A stretch of DNA of 64,000 nucleotides, taken from assembly GCF_036321535.1 (NCBI RefSeq), contig NC_087438.1, positions 6,326,001 through 6,390,000 of the forward strand, read 5' to 3'. The notes beneath the pieces were generated by a model, which searched no databases, was not told the DNA's origin, and saw nothing but the letters and a program-made list of their open reading frames with translations. This DNA comes from Camelus dromedarius. Taxonomy: Eukaryota. Below, one piece after another: positions 51,309 to 63,657 of the stretch (the stretch's first letter is position 1; each line of letters opens with the position of its first letter). Both the position numbers and the translations under genes were made by a program.

Positions 51309-52649
51309 TGTCATCCCCACATCCCACTAGTCTTTATTTGCTTGTTCTGTGAACTCTGCTTCCATTTCTGAATTTCCTGCTTTAGCAAATTTTGTCTGTC
51401 CAGGGAGAGCCTCGTGCAGTGTGTTCACATCTTCAGGGACTGCACTGCGCAGATTCGGCCAAGAGTGATTCCACTGTCACCAGGATGGAGCCCAGCAGAG
51501 TCTCCCCAGCCTAGCCATGTGCATCTGGACCTCCTCAAAACAATGTCTGCTCCCAGGGAGGAACAGGGAGCTGGGCAAGGCACCTGTCTTCACGATAAGC
51601 AGAAGCAATTTCTCCTTGAGTTAAGCACAGAGGGGGCTTTTCTCCCTCCAAGTAAATTATCTTTCATCACCTGGAGGTTAATCACTGTATTTGAAAGACT
51701 TTGAAGAGTCTATTTAGTGTGTGGGTAACATCATTGAAGTATTTCAAACCAGGAGAATTTGGGATTGTTACAAAAAGTTTTCTTAACTAGATATGTATTA
51801 GCTCATAAAAAAAAAAAAAGAAAAAGATACGTGAATGTCAAGTGTGTCTTGCTCCAAGGTGAGGTCTAGGCTGAAATCTCAGAGAACGGAGGAAGCTGTG
51901 GGGGTCATGGAGACAACCCCAGAGAAAGACAAATGTTGCCTCTTAGGAAGGAAAACAAGCAGATCGCCGAGGGCCAGTGAGACCGTGTCCCTATCGATGG
52001 CCATGCTGAGCTGGTAAAGCTCACTGATGACTTCGTCTTCCCAAGTCCTGTGGAGGTTTTAGTCCATGTGCAACCCAGCAGCTCCCTCAGAGCACACAGA
52101 CTCAGTTTGTACAGTATTAACTTGGAAATTAACTTTTCACAGGCTTACTGTTTCCCCGATTTGATTGCCAGTTTCTTGAAGGCAAGTTTTACAGCTTCTC
52201 TATTTTAAGCCTCAACCATTAAACATTTATTATCCTGCTTTACAGTAATCATTTAATAAGAGTTATCAACGATTAGTATTTGAACGCATTAAGGCTGTTA
52301 AGGTATTTCTCTAAACACATAAATTTGTTTTAAGAGTGATTTAGGCACAAGAGAGAAATTCGATTTTGAAACTTATACTCATGACCAAACATATCACAAA
52401 ACATTTCAAATGCCTCCAGAACATTATCCAATCGATTACACTGTCTTTGATAACTGACTGAATACTTAATGGTTGAAAATGGGAGTCCAAAGAGATGGCA
52501 AAGGAAGATTCTTCAAATATTTGAAACTGCATCAGTTTCAAACATACAAATCTATATTCTTTTAATTCTGGGTCACAACTAATAGGACACGTTCCCTTTG
52601 TTAACAACAGAATTCATATTTCTGCTCCTGGTGAAAAGTGTTTATCTCC

Positions 52650-53125
52650 TACTCATTCAATAAATATTGATGGAGACTCAACTCTATTTCAGGCACTAAG
52701 TGAAATGCTGAGCACACAAAAAAATTGCTCACATCTAATTCCTGCCCTCAGGGAATTCATAAACTCACGGGTGAGGAAAACAAAGAAGTAAACTACTCAT
52801 CTTTTAACTCATTTATTCAAAAGTGATGTATTGGGTGCTTACTACATGCCCAGAACTGTTGAAAGTGTGTGGGTTACATCAGGGACCAAAGCAAACAAGC
52901 CCAGGCATTGGGGAACTTCCATTCCAGTGGAGGAAAGGGGACAAGGTGCTAAAGGAACATAACATAAGGATGAAAGTTGAACATGGCTAAGGGGAATCAA
53001 GAGGTCTAGAAGGAGGAGACTGTAATTTCAAAGGTGGTCAGGGCGAGGTCCCGTGGAAAAGCGGCAAAAAATGAATGGAGCTGGCTAGATGGATTGTCTG
53101 GGGGCAAAAAGCTCTCCAGATAGAA
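52650..53125 (-). mobile_element. L2 3' fragments, continuing after 54033
   Basis: ctcattcaataaatattgatgg...ttcaggcact; tcatttattca...attgggtgcttactacatgcc; ggtcagggcgaggtc. Confidence 0.7.
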
Positions 53126-54032
53126 CAGGGACCAACAAATGATAGCCCTCAGGCCAGCTCCTACCCACTTGCTATAAATAAAGTTTTACCAGCACACAGC
53201 ATTCATGGATGCATTGGTGATGGGTGCTTTCATGCTGTGATGGCAGAATCGTCAGGTTCCTTAGAAAACTAAAAATAGAGTTACCATATGATCCAGCAAT
53301 CCCACTCCTGAGCATGTATCTGGAGAAAACTGTAATTCGAAAAAATACCATGCACCTCAATGTTCACAGCAGCACTATTTACAACAGCCAAGACATGGAA
53401 GCAACCTGTCCATCGACGGATCATTGGATAAAGAGGTTGTGGTACACACACACACACACACATATATACACACATATACATACACAATGGAACACTACTC
53501 AGCCATTAAAAAGAGTGAAATAATCCCATTTGCAGCAACATGGATGGATCTAGAGATTATCATATTAAATGAAGTAAATTAAACAGAGAAAGACATTTAT
53601 CACTTATATGTAGAATCTAAAAAAGGCTAAAAAATGAACTTATTTACAAAGCAGAAACAGACTCCATATTCACAGAAAACAAACTATGGTTACCAAATAG
53701 GAAACGGGGAGGGATAAATTAGCAGTGTCAGATTAACATATACACATTACTATATATAAAACAGATACACAACAAGGACCTGCTATATAGCACAGGGAAC
53801 TATATTCAATACCTTATAATAGCCTATAATGGAAAATAATCTGAAAAAGTTATGTATATATGAAACTGAATCACTTTTCTATGTACCTGAAACTAACACA
53901 GCATTATAAATCAACTACACTTCAATAAAAAAAAATTTAAAAAAAAGAAAAACTGCAACAGAGCCCACATGGACGGCAAAATCTGAAATACTTACTCTCC
54001 GGCCCTTTATAGAAAACGCTTGCTGCTCCTTG
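53126..54032 (+). mobile_element. MER58A split by an L1 insertion
   Basis: 5' half cagggaccaacaaa...taaataaagtttta...ggcaga (53126-53248); 3' half ctgcaacagag...ggccctttatagaaaa (53952-54032). 8-bp TSD agatagaa/ggagagag. Confidence 0.8.
53254..53950 (+). mobile_element. 5'-truncated L1 (end of ORF2, 3' UTR and polyA)
   Basis: Encodes FLRKLKIELPYDPAIPLL (L1 ORF2 C-terminus). AATAAA and A-tail at about 53923-53950. Confidence 0.93.
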
Positions 54033-54074
54033 GGAGAGAGGAAGAGCCAGTGTGCAGGATTTAAGAGGTAAAGC

Positions 54075-54722
54075 AGAGGGCGCCCGGGAGGGCAGGAGGG
54101 AGCGAGGACAGGAGGGAGGGGCGGCCGGCCGGGAGCGCTGCGGCTTTCTCTGCCGGGGAAGTGGGGGCTCTTCTCGTGGCCTTCGATCAGGACAGTGACC
54201 AAGGGCCCCAGTATCATGGGGCGAACACGATTGTGCAAGATGCCAAGAAGGGACGAAAGGGACCCAACTGGGTGTGGGGGAAACTGAAGCTTCGGCTGAA
54301 GCTACAGAGGCGAGGGAATCGGGGAGGAGGTAGAAGCCCAGGGAAGGAAGAGCAGCAGCAGCAGCAGGCGCGGAGGGGCTCGGGGAGGAAGACGCGGCGC
54401 AGCCCGGAGCTGCACACTCCTCCTCAAAGGACACCAAGCGCGCACGCTGCCAAGCAGCAGGACTCGGCGCTGAAAAAGCGGGAGGAGCCAGACCACGCCC
54501 GGCCGGGAGAGAGAGAACCCAGGACAGTGTCCGCAGTCGGCCTGCTCGCCTGCCTTCTGCCCTTGCTGACAGCTGCCGGCCCGGCCACCACGGGGTCCCG
54601 TTGCGCTGGCGCAGCGGCGCAGGCGGGACACCCCCGCATGGGTGGGCAGCCGCAGAGCTGGTGGTGTCGTGAGAAATTGTACCTGGAACTCTGGCGTTAG
54701 GTCCAAGGCACTGCGCTTGCGC
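54075..54722. promoter_or_regulatory. Intronic CpG-island-like GC-rich patch, about 650 bp
   Basis: Visibly dense in CpG relative to the flanks; GC box ggggcgg at about 54118; short (GCA)n tract. Function unknown. Confidence 0.55.
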
Positions 54723-55439
54723 AAGGCAGGCTGTTGGAACTATGACATACGTATGCTAGGTCTCTGGGAGGTGTGGTGGGAAGATGAGAGGCTTGGTAGG
54801 TCCTTACTCAGGGCTCTCTGAACCCTGGCAAGACGTCACCCTGGACCACCGATACCACCATTTGCCTGAAGATTAGCCCCGAAGTACAGGGGGTCCCGAG
54901 ACGCTGGGGTCGCTAAGGGCCATGCCTTGCTCTGTCTCCGTGTTCTGACACCCTGAAGAGCATCTGTGCTTCCCTTAGCCTGGAAGGTCAGTGCACTCCT
55001 TTCTGCCCAGCTTCCACTGCGCTCCTTTGAGGGAGTGGTTCAGACAGAGAACAGAGGTGAAATCCGCTTCAGAATGCTGCTGAGGGGGGAGGCACTCCTT
55101 CCCCAGGGATCCTGGGGTGAGGAGGGGTGCTCAGCGCGCAAGGCAGCAGTTCTGTGGACAGACTGTCCGCACCAGCGCTCTGGAGCTTGGGAGGAGGACA
55201 CAGGTACGGACCAGTTCTGCCCTAGGCAAAGACGACAGTCCTCTGAGCCCTCCCTGCCGAGTTTGGATTCTCAATGGAAAGAAGAAGGCAAGGGCCAGCC
55301 CGCAGTGAGGAGGACACAGCTGAGACAGAGGCCTGGATGGGCAGATGTGCTCGCAGCACAGAAAGCGACATAAGAGAGTCGTCAGAAAGTAAGATGCTGA
55401 ACTTTCAGATTTCATTTGAGTGTTTCCTGATTGGGACAC

Positions 55440-55802
55440 TATCATGGGTAAACTGTACACCCCCTGCAAAGATATATTGGTGCCTTAAATGCAAACTCGT
55501 TTGGAAGTAGGGTCGTGGCATATATAAGACGAGGTCATCCTGCAGTAAGGTGGGCCCCTAATCCAATATGACTGGTGCTCTTCTATGAAGATGGCCATGT
55601 GACGACATGGGGACACAAGCCAACGAATGCCTAGGGCTGCAGAGTCAGAAGACGTGAGGGAGGATCCTCCCCTGGAGTCTTCAGAGAGCACCGCTCTGCC
55701 GACATCTGGACCTTGGACTTCTCGCCTCCAGGACTCCGAGAGAATATACTCCTAAGCTACGCAGCTTGCAGGGCTTTATCCCAGCAACCCTGGGGGAACA
55801 AA
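55440..55802 (+). mobile_element. MLT1B/C-like LTR
   Basis: atgggtaaactgtacacccc...tttggaagtagggtc...ctaatccaatatgactggtg...ttggacttctcgcctccagg. Confidence 0.8.
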
Positions 55803-58573
55803 CAAAACCAGCGCAGCCACGGTCCACAATATCACTGGAGGCGTGGCATTGGTTAGTGCCCGACTGCTGGCTGGCTGGAGGCTGGGTAGGAAGGAGCCCG
55901 GCACGGTGCTGACACAGGCAAATGGGGACTGTAGCGACCTCTGGACTAGTCACTCCATGAGTCTGCCCCATGGGAGTTAATTCATACAATTACAGAAAGG
56001 GGCAACCTCCATGTCTAGGTGAATTATCCCGCACACGATGTAACCCCTGCAGTGACTCAAAACCCCCAAACTCTGCCGAGCACAGTTAGTAACTGCTGTC
56101 CTCCCGACCTCCCCTGCTGAAACAATGCGCCTTCCCCACAGAGCTCTGCTGGCAGTCAACTGGAAAATGTCCAAAACAAAGGCATGAGTTCCGTTTTTCA
56201 TAATATGTGAGCAGCTGTTGGCTGAGTGATAGCGTCCCAGGGACCCTGAGTCCTGAGAACACCTGGAGGTGCCACGGATTGGGCAGGGACGTGAATGTGC
56301 CTGGGGACCGGCACGTGGCAGCAGCAGACAGGAAGGTGAGGAGGGGCCAGCCCCAAGGGGAGGCGGGTGGCACAGCGGGGGAGCACAGAGGAGGCTTGTC
56401 AGTGTCAGGGAAGAGGGGGAAAAGGGGGGAAAGAGGGGGAACGAGGAGGCCGGTAGGTGTCAGGAGACAGCAACCACAGCCCAAAATGGTCACTCATTCA
56501 GTCAATCAACAAACACTGACTCACTGCCCACTGCACATCAGAGGTAGTACCAGAATTTGAGGAGCTCATAGTAACTTCTATTTCTTGAGTACCTACTGTG
56601 TGTCACTAGTTACCTCCAGTTTGCAGATGAGGAAACTGATAATTGAGACGGTTCAGCCTCCCTAATGGCTGGGTGTTGATTCACCCACAGGTCCTCCCAC
56701 CTGCAAAGCCTCCACCCCTACCTTTTTCAATGACCACTAAGCCCCAGAAAAGACAGTGACCTCTGCGCAGACGACCTGGTAAGTGAATAGGTGTCTGCTA
56801 CCCCGCTCTCTACCTCCTGCTAGTGGCCTGGGGTAGAGGACTGTACCTTCTCAGCTCGTGGTGCCCGAGTTCTGGGATCTACAGTTAATAAGCCTTGTGC
56901 CTTTCCTTCTTTTGAGTGACTGTGTTGAAACTGCACCTTCAATCAAAAAGCCCCAGGATTTTCACTTCCTCAAATGGGAGCTTGGATGCTAAGGAAGCTA
57001 CCTGCTGACCCCACGTGGAAGCTTGTGTCTCTTAATTCAGCAGGTTATAATCTGCCCATTCTTAATGCACCAGCTCTGGGATTTTCCAACATGCCCACTG
57101 AGCTCTACCAAGAAGAAACCCAACTTCTCTGATCTCCAGTTTTTGACACCTGTGCCTTGACCTCCAGTCAGTTGAGAGCTGAGGACAAGAATATGAGAGC
57201 ATCACTGAATGGGGCTCTAATATCACAACCACTGCAGAACTAAGAGTGTTTGTCTTTGGTATGTTTGGGTTTCTTTATGTGGTTCTGTCTCATTGAAAAG
57301 AGAGGAGATTTGAGCATTTTTACAGAAAATGGTGGTCATCACCAGAGGGCAAGAAATTTAAGACGATGGCAAAAAAGAAGGGATAACAGGCATAGTGGAG
57401 AAAGGCAACTCCAGTGCACAGCACAAGGGGACAAGGGCATCTGGTCAGAGAGCAGATGGCATGCAGAGTGTGGATGTCAGTGAGAACAAATGTCCCTGCA
57501 TCTGGGCTCAGTAGCGGGGCAGAAGCAGAGCTAAGTGGGGGTCAGAGGCCAGAATCTACCCTGGATATGGAGGATCAATCAGAGCAGAAAACCAGAGCCA
57601 ACCTGAAGGAGAAAGGGTATCTCTGGGTTCAACAGAAGAAGGAAGTGCCCCAACAGGACCCAAGAGAGGAAATGAACACTCAGCTCACAGGAACTTGGGG
57701 CTCTCAGGGCTCTTGGGTCTTCGCCCTGGGAATGAGGGCCTTCCTGGCATGGGAAGGGAGGAGGGTGCTCTCTGGGGAAAGAGGGACCACTCAGTGCCAT
57801 GGGAGTTACAGGCTGTGAGCAGAGTGGCGGTTTCACCATGTTTACCCTGGATTTATTTTCAACATCTGCAGCTGTTGGATAACATCATGTATGATTTTAG
57901 GACATAGATGCCCGCTGTGACTGTGTCCTTATGACATCACCTGACTCTCTAATGGGAAGAATCTGAGCACCTGATCAGCTGGGTGTCTGAGCTGCAAGGA
58001 AAGGACCTTCCAATGTTGCTAACTCATGCTAGGACCTGAATTATTTTTCTGAGATATTCTCCAAGGTGTCCCTTCTGGAAAAAGAAAGAAATCGTGCTCC
58101 TTATTACTCTTTGCGTTCAGCAAACTCTAATTACAATGCTTCTGGTTGGGGGAGAAAGTCATTTTGATTTTTAACTGGAAATTCTGGCCAGTAAAAGTCA
58201 ACAAATGCATAGAAAGAACCTCAAGTCACACAGATGAAAGCTTCGGGGCAGAAAGGAGACCTTCTTCTACAGAGGATCGAAAGGTTCAATTGAAACCGGT
58301 TCAACAGAAATAATGTTAACAGAGGAAGTCTAGTTACTGCTGTGGTTTGGGAAACAATTCATGTCCTTTGGAAGCACACAGTCATTCAACTTGCTGAGGA
58401 AACTGGATGAGAACACTCTCTCCTTTAGTCTTTTAAAGTGTCTTTCTCTACTGAAGCACAAACTAAGCTGTGCTTAGTAAGCTGTGATGGTTGGTTTGAC
58501 TATATTATTTGACAAAACACTTGTGTGTTTATAAACACGTAAACATACATCTTCATAAATGATCATTCTAAAC

Positions 58574-58792
58574 CAGGGGTTCTCAACAAAAGGCAATTCT
58601 TCCCCAGGGGATATTTGACAGTTTCTAGAAAAACTATTTGTTGTCACAACTTGAGGGGTGGAGTATGCTATTGCTTTTCATGGGCATAAGCCAGAAATGC
58701 TAACCATCCTATAATAACCAGGACAAACCCCCTCCCCCAACAAGAAATTATCTGGCCCAAAACATCAATAGAGTTGAGGCTGAGAAACTCGG
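58574..58792 (+). mobile_element. MER20 hAT-Charlie element
   Basis: caggggttctcaac...ttgtcacaact...aattatctggcccaaaa...gaggctgagaaac; flanks ttctaaac/gtctacat resemble hAT targets. Confidence 0.85.
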
Positions 58793-59883
58793 GTCTACAT
58801 AATCAGCTTGTTCTTAGCGAGAAGCTAGTAAATCTTTGCAGAACTTGAAAGCTCAAGGTGATAAATATTTTAAGGGCAATTATAAGACTTCATCTTTGTG
58901 CAAACTATCAAGTAAATCCTTGAGGAGCAGACTGCAAATGGCACGTAGATCTATCCATAATATTGTGCTTGTGAGTGTGTGTGTAACCACAACCACACAC
59001 ACACATGAACCTGCACGTATACAGAGGGCTGAATTTCAGCTGGTGCCTCTCAGGGCATTGTACACAGCCAGCTTCAACAGCACTTTGGGTGGTTGGCACC
59101 ACTTTCTGATTGTTTAGTGAGCAGGTCACCAAGTCCTAGCCCAGGCTTGAAGGGAAGTCATCTGGGGGGTTCTGATTTCTTAAAATAAAAAAAAGACACA
59201 AGAAACGTGGTTCTTCTTCTTCCACGGGATATTGTCAGATCTGATGCAGAGCCGGAAATTGTAGCGGTGAGTCTGCATCCTTGAGCAGACCTAGCCTGGG
59301 GACCAACCGGACTGACTGTGGGTGGCAGAGAGAGTGGGGACAGGACTTTGGTCCTTACTAACTCTTGGGAATTAAAGTAAGCAGCTCTGAAGACCCCCAC
59401 CCCAACCTTCTAGTTATATGACTTGATGCCTTTTTTAAATTGGTCAAGCTTTTTAGAGCTACCCGTAGCCAAACACATTCTTTACACAGTTGTCTGAAAA
59501 TTTCATAAAATGCTACTAATTTCTCCTTCCTGATATATAATAAAGTTAAGAAAGAACGCACATGCATCTACAGCTATCTTTGAGACATCAGATTTCCTAC
59601 ACGTCAAACAATGATATCAAAACCAGCTTCAGTCTGATGAATGCTCATATCAACATGAGTCCTCTCATCATGTCCTACAGTGTTGAGAACCTCACTCCTC
59701 TTCCTGACTGGCAAGGAACCATGCCGTGTCTTTCTCCACTGAAGCACAAACTAAGCTGCATTTTGATTTCTTGAGAAAAATGGAGAAATGGCTTTTCTTT
59801 AAAAACTATGACAACTTTTGAGCACCAGGTAACCAGGCATCACAGACAAATGAGATGGGAAATGGGAGTGACGTAAGACTCAC

Positions 59884-60097
59884 CATTGAGCCATTTGGAG
59901 TTGTACTGCGCCGTGCGAAGAGGCGGTAAGATGCCCAGACTTCGGTAGATGGCGGGATCGCGTCCAGGGAAATCCATGGCCGTAGCAGCATAGAGCTCCC
60001 CGCCGGCCGTGAGGAGGGCCGTGGAGTTGTGCTGGGGACTGTAGGGACAGCGGGCCATGCCGCTGATCTGGTCGTGGATCTCCGTCAGGTTGCTCAA
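59884..60097 (-). CDS. SEMA5A: Semaphorin-5A exon (214 bp, phase 0-1; approx. exon 8), LSNLTEIHDQISGMARCPYSPQHNST...RTAQYNSKWLN
   Basis: Lies within ORF 59840..60097. Contains Sema motifs RCPY and SKWLN. Acceptor ctcacag, donor GTGAGT. Confidence 0.97.
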
Positions 60098-60769
60098 CTG
60101 TGAGTGAGGATGAGAGAGAGAAACCAGTTACCCCCAGGAAAGCCCTTTCATAGTGTCAGTGGATTCTGTCCACCCAAATGGCAAGTGAAGCATGTGCAAT
60201 GAACTCTCTGGGGCTCACGACAAGACATGACAAGGTTCTGCACTCGGGCTTGGATGAAAACAGCAGGGTGAGCTCAGCCTTAGCAAATCTACCAGCCAAT
60301 CTCTCTCAGTATCCTGTGAGAGTTACTGAATCTCAGGCTATCAGATACTCACAAAACAAGAAGAACATTGCATGTGACTTCTATTTATAATGCATGGGGC
60401 AGTGCAGATTTTTCCACTTTAATTAAAAAAAAAAACAACTTCAGTATTTACAGAGATATCAACTGCAATAAAAATCATGCACCATGTTACCAATAAAAGT
60501 GAATCAGAATAGTATGAATAACCCAAATCTGTGTTCATGGGAAAGGATGTGTGGCTATTTAGAATGACATAGCCCTAATTTCCAAGACTTTTCTGTTTTC
60601 AGGGAAACAGCGTGGTGTCGTGTGGTCAACGGGTGGGAAGCCAGCATTTGAAAAGCTGAAAAATGACTGAATGAGAAAAGTTCTCTGGGTGGTGCGGGAT
60701 CTCCCTCCACTGGTTTCTTTACTCTTAGCCCAGAGGTAAGAGAGCAGGGGGGTTAGGCAGGGGGACTCA

Positions 60770-60945
60770 CATACAATGCTGGCTCGATGAGACGTGTAGC
60801 CCGGGTAAGTTACTTAAACTCTTTAAGCCTCAGACTCTTTTTTTTTTTTTTTTTTTTTACAAAATGGTGACCCAAGAGGACAACCACATGTGGAGTAGAT
60901 GTGAGGATGAGGTGACCGGGGTGTTATAAAGGGCTTAGAACAGGC
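60770..60945 (+). mobile_element. MIR SINE with internal poly-T
   Basis: gggtaagttacttaaactctttaagcctcag...gtgaggatga...ataaagggcttagaacag. Confidence 0.65.
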
Positions 60946-61720
60946 ACCTGGGGATCTCGCTAAGGTACCTAGGGGTGGTACCTAGGGATCTCCCTCTGAG
61001 CATCATTTCTTCTCATCATCATCCTCCCTTTATTTCCAAAAACTGAATGTTAAGTTGAAAATAATGAATAGTGAGAGGATGACAAATTCAAGTTTTGAGG
61101 GAAATTGTGTAACCAGGAAATTAACATAATGGTATGTCTTCATTATGCTCCCTGAGGAAGATCAAAGGAATCTCCCAAATGAGGAAGATTACACGTGTGC
61201 TCTGATAACCCTGCAGGTCCTCAGGCATAACACGTGGATGCTGACAATTCCACTGTCAATAATGACAGGTTAAAAGGAAAAGAGAGTGGGTTATAACTTC
61301 ACTTTTCCTAGGGTTCCATTCGTTCGTTTGCTTTAATTTTTTGACACATCCCTTATCCAATTTGTAAATTGTATTTTCTTCATCTGGATTGTGATTTTAG
61401 GTCATTTTCATACTTAACAGTATTCCTACAATACAGCAAGATGATGTTTAGGGTCACTGATGGTGAAAATGCTGGTAGAAATGCATTTGAAAGCATATTT
61501 AAATGTAATGAAGCAAGCTGTAATTATGACTAGTTCTTTTTATGATAGTGTGATCAGAAATATATCAATACGTCAAATATTTATTCAGTTTGACAGAAGA
61601 TTTTTTTTAATTAAAAAGCAACTCCTGGAAAAATAGAAACACACTTAAATCTAGGCTTTTACTAGAATGTTCGGGTTTTGCTGGTATTAAAATCTGCCAA
61701 AGCTGCACATGAAGACATAC

Positions 61721-61819
61721 CGTGCGGTTGGTGCAGACGGGTGTAAAAGCGTTGGTCCCACAGGTAAACAACCGGTTGCCGCCCACCAAAAGCACCCGAA
61801 TGTAGTTCTGACACTCCTC
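61721..61819 (-). CDS. SEMA5A: Semaphorin-5A internal exon (99 bp, phase 0-0; approx. human exon 7), EECQNYIRVLLVGGNRLFTCGTNAFTPVCTNRT
   Basis: Translation contains the semaphorin ECQNYIR and CGTNAF motifs and matches the SEMA5A sequence as I recall it. Acceptor ttttttcag and donor GTATGT are present. In frame with the next exon. Confidence 0.97.
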
Positions 61820-62469
61820 CTGAAAAAAACATCACAAGAAGCACATTAAGGAGGCCTGAGCACAAAAGGAATGGTGAATATAAATACGTCTTATCGGGTT
61901 AATAAATTGAATGTTAACTGACCACTAAAAAAGAAATCAAACAAACGACTCCTCGGATACTGACCAAAAAAATAACAACAAAACTCTTAAATAGTCTGAT
62001 TGTCCCTATCTGAATGTTTGCTCAATAGAGGAATTTTTAAAGATAAATATATATTCAGTTAAAATCTCAAAGCATGTGTTTTCTTTTGATGACTGTGGTT
62101 TCTTTTCAAGTTGTATCCAGTAACAGTGCAAACCCTAAACTGCCTTTGACATACATTAGGAAAATACATAAAGGAAACTATTAGACGCTGCTCATGAAAC
62201 AGTGCCTTAGAAAACGTCCCCAGGAACTTGAAAAACCATGGTGAATGCTTCTCCAAATGTGAGGGTCACATGTGACACTCTGATTACAAACTGGAGTGAG
62301 TTTTACATAAAGTTCTCAAACCACCTTGCATACACAGCAAGAATCGATAAACATGTTTGATTGTTTGATGGACAAGTAAAAAAGATTGCTAACAAAGAAA
62401 GGATGTCTGAAACGTGTGGGGTAACAGTCCAGGCTGAGGCATGACCCAGAGTTGGATAATTTTTGTGAC

Positions 62470-63110
62470 TGCAATCACAGGGCACAATCACAGGAGTGCA
62501 AAGACTTTCGACTCTCCATTCAGCCAGCGAGCATCTACGGATTAGGTACTCTTTGGAAGAGACTGTGTTAGATGTCCCAATCTATGCCCTTAGTGCAAAA
62601 TTAAAACACAGGGAGTTGTGCGCATGCTCTAAAAAGGAAGCACAGAAGGACATATTGCTAATTCCAGAGGGGAAGGAAAGAAGACAGTCTAGGACGGCTT
62701 CTCAGAGGAGGTGACACCAAGTTTCAAAGAAAGAGTAGGATTTGGTGAGGCTTCCTGGAGGAGCTGTCACCTGATACCTGTAAGACTTTACTGAACAAAG
62801 GAGGGAAAAGACATCCCCAGCAGGGAGAATGGACTGTCCCAGGGCATCCCAGCCAGAGGAAGCGTGTGCTTTCACTGCGTATAGGAGAGGTGGCACATAA
62901 GCCAGGGAGCCAGACACGCGCCAGGGATGCCAGGCCCTTGAGTTTGCATTTTATTCTGAATGTGAAGGAACCCCTTATATGTTTTTACTGCACGAACTTT
63001 TGACCTAATCTGATGTTTGTTACTGAAGGACCACTCGGGAATCAATGTGGAAGCCGACGGAGACAGGAGCAGTTCAGGAGATGGGCAAGGAAACTGCTTC
63101 CATAATCCGC
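62470..63110 (-). mobile_element. L2 fragment
   Basis: ggcttctcagaggaggtgaca...gagtttgcattttattctgaatgtgaaggaacc...gaaactgcttccataatcc. Confidence 0.6.
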
Positions 63111-63118
63111 CGCTCCTC

Positions 63119-63657
63119 TGTAAGAAGGAAGAACAAATCTGACTCCATGTTGGATCTGTTCCTCTGGCTCTGAGCCTGTGCTCTGTTTCCGGTGCTGAGT
63201 CGTGCTGGTTCTGCACCGTTTGTAAAAGAATGTTGCCTAGAGCCGGAAATATACAGGAGAGTCCATTCTCAAGGCTCTGACCTTTAAGAGTATTAATTCA
63301 TTAATACTTTAAGAGTATTAACACTTTTCCATTCATATAAAGGTAAAAAGCTGCAGAATAAAAAGTAACATTTATCTTGTTGGAAGTTCACAGGGACACC
63401 ATGACTGACCTATGTAGGCAGTTGCAAGAACAAAGGATTCCAACACCAAGAAGTTTGCAACAACCAACCACATGCCCTCCCCTTTTTAGGATAAAGGGAG
63501 CCTGAATTCCGACTTAAGGGAAGATGGTTCTCCAGGACATTAGTCCGCCATCTTCTCAGTCTTTCTGAATAAAGTCATTATTCCCTGCCTCAGCCCCTCA
63601 TCTCCCGGTGTATCAGCCTGTTGCGCGGCGAGCAGAACGCGTTTGGACTCAGTAGCA
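63119..63657 (+). mobile_element. Intact solo ERV1-class LTR, 539 bp
   Basis: TGT...GCA termini; perfect 4-bp TSD cctc (63115-63118 and 63658-63661); aataaa at about 63568. Confidence 0.88.

Noticed and set aside
54161..54700. 179-aa ORF with a QQQQQ run, plus overlapping ORFs, as a novel gene or retrogene
   Set aside because: Starts at GTG, has no recognisable domain, polyA tail or TSD. Several frames on both strands are open, as expected from stop-codon depletion in GC-rich DNA.
59240..59282. Hairpin gatgcaga...tctgcatc as a possible pre-miRNA
   Set aside because: The stem is too short and bulged.
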